A stretch of 64,000 nt of DNA, taken from positions 8,494,001-8,558,000 of the forward strand of contig OX597836.1 of the NCBI GenBank assembly GCA_951406725.2. Direction: 5' to 3'. The position numbers and the translations under genes were made by a program. Below, one piece after another: positions 53,455-64,000 of the stretch; within the stretch, counting starts at the first letter, position 1; each line of letters opens with the position of its first letter. The notes under the pieces are model-generated. The model did not search any database. It was not told the DNA's origin and saw only the letters and a list, made by a program, of their open reading frames with translations. Source of the stretch: Octopus vulgaris. Taxonomy: Eukaryota.

Positions 53455-54179
53455 GACATAGACATAGACATGCATATATATGCGTGTATGCGTATATGCA
53501 TTTATTTATATATACGTTTATATGAGCACACACTCACCCCACCTCCACACATGTATGTATATACATGTGTTTATATATATGTACACGTATGTACATATAT
53601 ATATATATGAGTGTGTGTGTGTGTGTGTGTATGTATGTACTCACACACAATACACACGAACAGAATAGTGAAAACAAACACGCCACATAAAACAAACAAT
53701 ATCGCAACACCACCCCACCACCCGCTCAACCTCCCATCCTCCTCCACATCTTCCTCCTCCTCCTCCTTCTCCTCGTCCTCCATATAATATCAACGACCAA
53801 AAACAAATAAACATGAACCAAAAAAAAAAAGTCCTCCGCTCTAAATATATTGGAAAATTATTAACAGATTTTTGACACGAAAATCTTGTAATAATTATTA
53901 TATCTTGGTAAAGAGACAAGGCCAGACACTTTTTGTAGGAGAAGGGGATAGTTTATTGGGTGGAAAGTCGCAGTAGATAACTGGTACTTAATCATATTAT
54001 GAGAGGCTGACGAAGTCGACTGCAACAGGATTTGAACGGCGAACGTCAAGGTACAACAGAGCCATCATCACCACCATCAACAACAACATCAATAATAATA
54101 ATGATAATCATAATCATAATAATGATGATGAGGATGATGATGATGTTGATGATGATGGTGATAGTAATATTTATTTTCT

Positions 54180-54570
54180 GCTAAGGGCACAAGGGAACTA
54201 GACGATCATATCGACCCTAATTCCCAACTGGTTCTTAATTTATCGACCCCCGAAAGGATGAAAGACAAAGTCAACGTCGGCAGAATTTGAACTGAGAAAT
54301 GGACGCTAAGCATTTCACCTGACTTTGCTAACGATTCTTATTTCTTTATTGCCCACAAGGGGTTAAACAAAGAGGGGACAGACAAGGACAGACAAAGGGA
54401 TTAAGTCGATCACATCGACCCCAGTGCGTAACTGGTACTTATTTAATCGACCCTGAAAGGATGAAAGGCAAAGTCGACCTCGGCGGAATTTGAACTCAGA
54501 ACGTAACGGCAGACGAAATACCGCAAAGCATTTCGCCCGGCGTGCTAACGATACTGCCACCTCGCCACCT
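54180..54570 (-). mobile_element. two SINE family B copies (one diverged, one near intact)
   Basis: 54338-54570 is a complete reverse-complement family B copy. Confidence 0.83.
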
Positions 54571-54747
54571 TTAACAGCGACAACAAAAACAACAACAACA
54601 ATAACAACAGCAACAGCAACAACAACAACAATATGTGACTAGAACTACAAAACATTCCAAAGAAGAAACGGAGAGAAAAATTATTCCTTGGTCAATTACT
54701 CCGCGAGGCCTTGACGGAGAAGAAGTGAGCCTAAGTAAAAGCGAATA

Positions 54748-55410
54748 ATGGCTCAAAAGCTCTGGACTAAAGCAGAAACGGAAGGACTGATTCTCGCTAC
54801 ACAAGACCAATGTCTGTCTACAAACTACTATAAAAACAAAATAATGAAAACAAGCCCTAATACCAAATGCAGAATGTGCAACCAGCACAATAAGACAGTT
54901 GGCCACACCGTCTCTAACTGTCCAGTCCTTGCCAAATCTAACTATACTTGTAAACATGACCGAGTAAGTAGTTTGATCCATGGGGCAATATGCCAACACT
55001 ATAGCATAAAAGCAAGAGCCAAACAAGGTTCATGGTAAGACCCAGACCACAGTCGTCTGGGATCTCCCTGCTTAAACTGACAAAGAAATCAAAGTTAATT
55101 GCCCAGACATAATAATCAAGAATTGGGGGTGGGGGACTAAACAACTGCTTACTGATAGACATTGCAGCCCCTTCTGATCAAAATGCTGCCTCAAAAGTAG
55201 TGGAGAAATTGTCAAAGTACAAAGACCTTGAAATTGGAGTATTCAAGATGTGGGGCATGAAGGTGAAAACAATACCCGAAATAATTGGAACATTGGGTAT
55301 GATAAAAAATGCGTATAAATAAAAGAACATAGACCCTCAACTCTACTCGCTATCCCAAAATAGCCCTGTTAGGAAATACCCACATCCTACACAAGGTTCT
55401 AACAATTCAG
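54748..55410 (+). mobile_element. R4/Dong-like non-LTR retrotransposon C-terminal fragment (CCHC knuckle plus REL endonuclease), decayed
   Basis: KAETEGLILATQDQCL...KCRMC...VGHTVSNCPVLA...HDRV, then LLIDIAAPSDQN...EKLSKYKDLEI...KMWGMKVKTIPEIIGTLG across stops and frameshifts. Confidence 0.83.
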
Positions 55411-55484
55411 TGGCCCAAATAGACCATTCCACAAACACAAGGCACAGTCTATACAGTAAATATCCAACAAAATAAACAACCAGT

Positions 55485-55971
<487 letters not shown>

Positions 55972-56056
55972 CTCTGCAACAAGTAGCCAAGATGAGGGGG
56001 AGAAGGACACAGAGGGAGATAAAGACAGAAATTGAAAGAAAGAGATAGCCAAATAC

Positions 56057-56089
<33 letters not shown>

Positions 56090-56230
56090 AAGAGCAAGAG
56101 AGAGAATGAGCGGGATAGAGACTATTAATATTCTAATAATAGGAACCTTGACGCAGTTACAATCTATGTTTGGGTGGCTTACAGATTGTTTCTGATTTCA
56201 TTCTTCGTACATACTTCCTCTCGTTCCTCT

Positions 56231-56282
<52 letters not shown>

Positions 56283-56624
56283 TTTCTTTTTTTTTCTTCC
56301 CTCCAAATTGAGACAACGCCTTGGGTGGAAGGGAGAAGAACTTTGATAACGTCCGAATAATATGACTGAATCCTTTTTCCTTTTTATTTCTTTAAACATT
56401 TCATTTCCTCCGTTTGACCTGGCTTTCTATTCATTCATTTATTACAGCTTATTCGTTTTGTTTGTTTGTTTTTCTGGCCACCATTCTTTCTCTCCCTGTT
56501 TCACAACAAGAATCAGACCATCTGCTGTTATGCAGCCGACACACTGGCGCAAGCGCTCATGTACGTATATGTGTGCGGTGTTATGTGCATGTACATAAGT
56601 ATATATTTATGTGCATGTACATAA

Positions 56625-56914
<290 letters not shown>

Positions 56915-57227
56915 GTATGTATATATATATATAAATTGGCGTGTAGAAAAAGACAAAAAAACCCAGACTATTTTTAGCCTTGCTTTCAAAATATAACCCG
57001 TGAATAAAACCAGAGACGATTAAGAAACCGGCAGTAACAAGCATCCGACATGTTTCCGTATATTTGGAAGTCATCAGGGATCGCTTATATCACCTCAAAT
57101 GTGTCGCTTTTTTCTTTTCTTTTCTTTTCTTTTCTGAGTTCCAGTCGTTAACTCCCCACAGCTTCGTAACACATTTCTCCTTTCTCTTCTCTCCTTTCTT
57201 TGAAACGACAAAACCCCTGATTTACTT

Positions 57228-57830
57228 AACCCCTTTGCTCCTTATGGAGCACAGACCATCGATGCCTTTTCTCTCCTGGTCTCAACTCTGGGTCGGCTGT
57301 CTTTTCTGCTTCTCTTCAGTTGGATCTCTGCTTTTTTCAGCCCAATCCTAATATCCTGCCCCCAGCTATCCTTTTAGATTTTGTTGCATTGAAGGAAGGC
57401 CTATCGGGGTTAATTTAATTGAATGAAATCCTTGAAGGTAGCGCCACAACATAGAAATAAAAACAGAATAAGAGGATATGGACGCAAGAAAAATAACGTG
57501 GTGAATGATCAGGATGTATAGTAGAGTCACATGGTGCAGTTAATGTAGAAGGGGGCAACATGTGATGTATTGCTGAAGCCTTTTGCTCCATATGTAGTGT
57601 AGACCATCGATGGTGTTTCCCTACTGCTCTCAACTTTGGGTGGGCTGCCTTGTCTCTTTTTCTCCAGTTGGACTCCTGCATTTTCAGTAAATCCATTTTT
57701 ACCCCTGGGAAGAGGCAGTCCATATTGATCTGGCTTCTCTCCTTTGACCTCTCCAGTATGGAAGATCCGCTGGCATCGATCTCAGGGTCATGGAGGCACA
57801 CAAACCGTCATATGGCAACAAAGGCCGAAC
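57228..57830 (-). mobile_element. two diverged copies of a probable RTE-like LINE 3' end
   Basis: 57230-57335 and 57578-57682 are similar (tttgctcc...agaccatcgatg...ctcaact.tgggt.ggctg...cagttgga). Confidence 0.45.
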
Positions 57831-57856
57831 TTTGCGATCGAAAGCACCCTTTTCCC

Positions 57857-58045
57857 TCAATTTTCAATAAACGTTTCCTTCCCTAAATATCAGAATCTTG
57901 TCCTTTACTTTCAATAAACGTCTCTATTCCTAAACATCAGGCCTTGTCCTCAACTTTTAATAAACGTCCCCTTTCCTAAGAATCTGTCAAGCCCTGAACT
58001 TTCAACAAACACCTCCTTTCCTAAAAATCATAGTCTTGCCTGAAA
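57857..58045. repeat. minisatellite, ~45-bp unit, 4 copies
   Basis: tttcaataaacgt...cctaaa..tcag...cttgtcc repeated. Confidence 0.75.
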
Positions 58046-58652
58046 TATCAGAATTTTCACAGCTTTCAAATACAATGAATACACCTCGTTTCATATCTTC
58101 AAAGAAGCTACCTGCCTAAAGCGGCAACAGTAACCATAAAAAAAAGACAGAAAAAAAGAAGAAAAAAAAACATTCATCAAAAGAAAGGTCAGTTATGACG
58201 TGAAGAGAACCCACCTCCCTCTATGGCATACAAACTTACTTTATTTTATGAGTTCCATTAAATATTTACTGCAAACACAGGCTATCAGTAGTTTCCTAGA
58301 AAACTATGGCGTTTCTTACAGACATAAACGCTCTTTCCTTATGTTCCTCCTGTTTAGCTGAACGCTGTGCGAGCATATAATGAAATTGTATGAGCAGACG
58401 ATCGTATTTTTATATCCAACCCTTATTCAATTTCTGCCAATGAATTTCGTTTTGGCTTGTCTGTCATTTTTTCTTTGCCTTTTTCTTTCTCGTTTTATTT
58501 TGTATTCTAAATTCTTTCATGGTCTTATATTATTTTAGGTGAAACTTTATTCAAAGCGTCCCGTCGATATTAAAATGTACTAAAAATTTAGAATGATTTG
58601 CTTTATGGAAATGACAAGTATACAGGCACATATACACCCGTTCGTACACATA

Positions 58653-58705
<53 letters not shown>

Positions 58706-58839
58706 GTATATGTACAATCATATATGATTATATGCAAAGACTTGCACTTATATACGCACATGTATGTCTGTGTGTATGTATGCATATACTCTCGTATATA
58801 TATACATATAAGTGCATAACACATACACACATATGTATA

Positions 58840-58875
<36 letters not shown>

Positions 58876-59097
58876 TGTATGTATGTATGTATGTATATAC
58901 ATACATAAATTCTTGTGTGTATATATCTTTATACAAATACAAGTGTACTTATATGAATATCCAATGTCTGCATATACAAGTACAAATAAGTATACAAGCA
59001 TAGTTAAAGACACATACATACACAATGACATGCATACAAACATACTTACAAACATATAAGCTTACATAACATACATACATACATACATACATACATA

Positions 59098-59560
59098 GAA
59101 ACTTCATAAAACTGAAGATCAGTGAGAAAGAGAACACCTACGCTGAACTATTGAGAAATCTGTAGTTACGCTATCCAGATTACAAGTTCAGGTTTATACC
59201 TGTAATTATTGAGGCACTGGGATCTGTAACACACTGCCTAAATACCAATCTTGAGAAATTAGGCTTCTCAAAACCAGAGAGGAGAAAGCTGATACGACGA
59301 CTACAGACCCAGTCCATCACTGGAACGGTAAAAATCTGTAAAACTTTCCAGAAGTTTATCATTTAAATATATATGATCATATCTAGATATGCAACTTTAT
59401 GCATGAGAATACACACACAAAACAAAACATATACATACATACATGCAAACAAAAATACCCTATTGCGGATGTTGAAATTCCATTGAAGGAGGCTTGGACC
59501 TAGGTTAGAAACCGGCTCTTTCTCTATTGGCAAGAAATCTCGAAATAAGTTGAATAATGA
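59098..59560 (+). mobile_element. REL-endonuclease LINE 3' end flanked by (CATA)n
   Basis: KLKISEKENTYAELLRNL*LRYPDYKFRFIPVIIEALGSVTHCLNTNLEKLGF...LIRRLQTQSITGTVKICKTFQKFII*, then a probable UTR ending gaataatga-catacatac. Confidence 0.75.
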
Positions 59561-59707
59561 CATACATACCACTCGAATATTAGTTCCCACCCCTAACATT
59601 GCTGCCGTTGGGCCAATTTGAAACCAGTATTTATACACAAGAAGGCGGGAGCTTGGTAGAATCGACAGGACGCCGGACGAAATGCCTCTAAGCATCTCGT
59701 CCGGTTT

Positions 59708-60063
59708 TTATTGCCTTCGCTAAAGCGGAGGTATTGTTTTTAGTCGTATTTGTTTGTCCATGGACAAGATATCTCAAGAACCGCTGGATGGATTCGAATG
59801 AAACTTTCAGGGATGTTTGGCCTCGTGACTGGCACAAACTGATTAGGTTTTGGGATCAATCTGGTACCGGACAAGGATTCTGGATTACTTTCTTTGTTTT
59901 TTTGCTTAATTTTTGAGATTGGTCGGGTTCATTTTTAGTATTCTCATTTGTGAGAGCAATCGAGTTTATTTCAGATATCCTCATTTTAAAAATCATCTTC
60001 GGCTAATCATTGACAGGACATTGGTGTTGCCTTGGTGGAGGTTTGAGCTCTCTCAGTGCTCTG

Positions 60064-60066
<3 letters not shown>
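59708..60066 (+). mobile_element. Helentron-associated interspersed element (HINE/DINE-like)
   Basis: 5' ttattgccttcgc...gcggaggt short inverted repeat, tttg/tgtc microsatellite, gatatctcaagaa...ggatggatt...gaaactt core, 3' ggtggaggt subterminal repeat plus stem-loop ending ctggtt. Confidence 0.65.
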
Positions 60067-60132
<66 letters not shown>

Positions 60133-60809
60133 GAGTGAGAGAACAGTGCATGCCAAATATTCAGTCAAGGTCGACATTGCTTTTCATCCGTTTTGGGGTC
60201 GATAAAATTAGTTCCAGTTGAGCAGTAGGTGTCAGTGTAATCGACTAACCTCTTCCCAGAAATCAATGACGCCTTACCAATATTCGAAACCAATAATTAG
60301 ACGCAAGCCATATTAACAAATACCTTCCGACCGTGGCCGTCTCGTTGTACATACTTTCCAAACATAGTCAGGAGTATTCGATAGAGACGGAAGGGGATGA
60401 ATTGAGGGAGAATTTGGCTGCTGTTTATAGCAAGTTGAGCAATTATATATACAGAGACACTGCATTTTGTTGTAAATCCATAAAAATCTACAGAAAGAGA
60501 GCCGTGTCGATATCGTTTCACGACTGGAAGAGTAATTAGAGAGGAGGGGTACTGGAGTACGCTGGGGGTACGTCGCGGGGTACGTTTGTTTATTTGCAAA
60601 ACAACGATGACGACGACGACGACAACAACAACAACAACAACACCAACAACAACAATAAAGACAAAAATCAAATATGAAACAAACCCATTGAATATATCCA
60701 GGGGTGGTTTAAGTATAAACTTTGGCTGATTGCAAGAATTTCGGTGTTGCTCCACTATTTAAGTGTTACAAACGAAATAAAAGACACACTGGCAGAAAAT
60801 ATTTAAAAA

Positions 60810-60834
60810 ATACTACTACTACTACTACAACTGC

Positions 60835-60867
<33 letters not shown>

Positions 60868-60968
60868 TAATAATAATGATGGTGATGATAATAATAATAA
60901 TAATAGTAATAATAATAATAATAATAATAATGATGATAATAATAATGATAATAATAATAATAATAATA

Positions 60969-61005
<37 letters not shown>

Positions 61006-61010
61006 TGATG

Positions 61011-61074
<64 letters not shown>

Positions 61075-61142
61075 TGATGACGATGATAATAATAATAATA
61101 ATGATGATGATAATAATAATAATGATAATAATAATAATAATG

Positions 61143-61202
<60 letters not shown>

Positions 61203-61320
61203 TGATGATATAATAATAATAATAATATAATAATAATGATGATGATAATAATAATAATAATGATGATGATAATAATAATAATAATGATAATAAGATAATA
61301 ATAATAATGATAATAATAAA
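60810..61320. repeat. (AAT)n/(GAT) microsatellite, ~500 bp
   Basis: Seen directly. Confidence 0.95.
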
Positions 61321-61571
61321 AAGCATGCTAATAAAAAAGAACCGACAAACAACAAAAAAAAACAATCTGCAAGGTTGTGGTGGGTGTAAGAGGAGCGAAA
61401 ATAATGGAGTAAGGAATAGTTTGGTTTGAGAATCGGAAACGTATCGTATTATGCAGGTCAACTGTATCGTCTTCTGTTTTCGAGAAAACACCCCAACCAA
61501 TTTCAATGGATTTCGTCATACAAACACTATTTCGCTTTCCTCTCAGCACTTTGCCTTTCTTTCCTTTCTCT

Positions 61572-61614
<43 letters not shown>

Positions 61615-61671
61615 GTTTTCGTCATTGTTTTTGTTTTTGTTCTTTCTAAAGCATTGGCAGCTATGCTACTG

Positions 61672-61707
<36 letters not shown>

Positions 61708-61811
61708 ACGCGTGTCGGTGCGGTGTATGTGATGTATGTATGTTTGTATGTATGTATGTGTGTGTGTGTGTGTGTATGTATGTATATATATACATACATA
61801 AATATATATAG

Positions 61812-61860
<49 letters not shown>

Positions 61861-61951
61861 AATATATACATATACATTTACATACATATATGCATACATA
61901 CATGCATACATACATGCATGCATACATACGTACATACATACATACATACAT

Positions 61952-62012
<61 letters not shown>

Positions 62013-62716
62013 CACATCTATATTAGTATATATGCATACATATATATATATATATTAGTGTACATATATACCTGTATGTATATTTATTAGTATTTATTGT
62101 GCGTGTGTACATATGTGCACGAGTACATAAATATGTATATGTACGTATACGTGCACGTATTATTGCTTACAAATATGTGTGTGCGCGTGTATGTGTGTAC
62201 ACGCACGCACATCGACGCAAGCCCACATACACACACAACACACACACACACACATACACACATACACACACGCACATTACATCTCGCCTCCCCGCCTTCC
62301 CGCCCCGCCCATCTTCTCCCTCCTATGAATGGAAGCGAAATTACGCCAACCAGTTACAAGAGTTTTAACCCATTCCGTATACAATTTCTTAACATGATAC
62401 GCCACATACAATATATATACATATATATAAATACATATACATATATATACATATATATACATATATATATGTATATATGTCTGGGTTGCACTTGCTTGAC
62501 AAGTGATTTGATCCGAGTGGTGTCTTGGGACGGAGCACAATTACCTCATGGCAGAGTCATTAAAACGCTTTCGTAACATTCATAAGCAGTGTTTTATGGG
62601 TTTCTGTTTTCCTTTACGACACCGAGGTCGACTCTGCCATTTCATCCATTTCGGGGGTCGATGGAACGTAGTATGAGTACTAGCCGCGCTTTTGGGGTCG
62701 GTGTAATCGATTTAAA

Positions 62717-63137
62717 GGCGGCGAGCTGGCAGAAGCGTTAGCACGCCGGGCGAAATACTTTGCGGTATTTCGTCTGTCTTTATGTTCTGAGTTCAAATTC
62801 CGCCGAGGTCGACTTTGCCTTTCATCCTTTCGGGGTCGATAAATTAAGCACCAGTTACGTACTGGGGTCGATGTAATCGACTAAATACCTATGTCTGTCC
62901 TTGTTTGTCCCCTCTATGTTTATCCCCTTGTGGGTAATAAAGAAATAGGTATTTCGTCTGCTGCTACGTTCTGAGTTCAAATTCCACCGAGGTCGACTTT
63001 GCCTTTCATCCTTTCGGGGTCGGTAAATTAAGCACCAGTTACGTACTGGGGTCGATGTAATCGACTAAATACCTATGTCTGTCCTTGTTTGTCCCCTCTA
63101 TGTGTTTAGCCCCTTGTGGGTAATAAAGAAATAGGTA
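62717..63137 (+). mobile_element. SINE family B: head plus two tandem 184-bp bodies
   Basis: gtatttcgtctg at 62765 and 62949. Confidence 0.87.
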
Positions 63138-63231
63138 TAATCGATTTATGCCCTTCCCGGAAATTGGTAGCTTTGAAACCGCCAACGCCACCACCACCAC
63201 CACCACCACCACCACCACCACCACCACCACC

Positions 63232-63293
<62 letters not shown>

Positions 63294-63478
63294 TATTATT
63301 ATTATTATTATTATATAAAGGTGGGAAGCTGGCAGAATCGTTAGCAAGCCGGGCGAAATGCTCAGCGGCATTTCGTCCGTCTTTATGTTCTGAGTTCAAA
63401 TTCTGCCGACGTCTATTTTGCAGGTCAACATACTAACCACTACACCACCAAGGTACGCTTATATATATGTACATATAC

Positions 63479-63772
63479 ATCACCGTGACCGACCAGGCTA
63501 TCAGATGTTGCGACACATCGCTGGTCACAATGCGTCTTAGCATTGTTTTAGCCTTCAAATGACGCCAAAGCGAGCAGGCCAACAGAAGAAAGAGTGAGAG
63601 AAAGTTGTGGCAAAAGAGTACAGCAGGGATGGCCACCACCCCCTGCCTGAGCCTCGTGGAGCTTTAGGCGTTTTCGCTCAATAAACACACACAACGCCCG
63701 GTCTGGGAATTGAAACCGCGATCCTACGATCGCGAGTTCGCTGCCCTAACCACTGGGCCATTGCGCCTCCAC
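63479..63772 (-). mobile_element. SINE family C head/body fused to the 120-bp module as its 3' tail
   Basis: 63581-63772 matches family C; 63479-63580 is the reverse complement of 27595-27715. Confidence 0.82.
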
Positions 63773-64000
63773 ATGTACATATACATACATATGCATATAT
63801 GCACACAAATGCCCACGCACACATGCTTCTGTGTGACCTAACGATCCATCCCGCCGCTCCCTCCATCGCGCCTACAATTTGACATCGATAAGCAGGAACG
63901 ATCTGTTCAATATCTTAATCGCCGCCAACGCACGAATGTCTTAAAAGGGCTTCGGCAGGTATTTCCTCTTTTTGCCCACTCCTTTCGCACATATATACAT

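Noticed and set aside
59470-59520. Hammerhead-like ttgaagga...gaaaccggctc in the REL LINE UTR
   Set aside because: The first box is non-canonical and there is no stem I pairing.

Overview
This is an AT-rich, microsatellite-saturated eukaryotic window with no supportable host protein-coding gene. Almost every long ORF is a translated simple repeat. The repeat make-up (four tRNA-headed SINE families plus dense (TA)n/(CA)n/(TACA)n/(AAT)n tracts) resembles an octopus intron or intergenic region; the species assignment is inference. Decayed transposon pieces include a Penelope-like (PLE) ORF end, R4/Dong-like and other restriction-like-endonuclease (REL) LINE ends, RTE ends, a DD41D Tc1/mariner transposase, a non-autonomous Helitron and a Helentron-type HINE. 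The main signal is about 15 minimal type I hammerhead ribozyme motifs read by eye: 5 with an intact catalytic core, 4 with one core substitution, and the rest decayed or partial. They share a tiny, near-palindromic stem III. They sit in short non-coding modules, several inside (TA)n tracts and several with fold-back or direct-repeat architecture, and one lies just 3' of a PLE ORF remnant. Together these suggest a diverse population of PLE-dependent, ribozyme-bearing (retrozyme-like) mini-elements. All coordinates were read by hand and may be off by a few bases.
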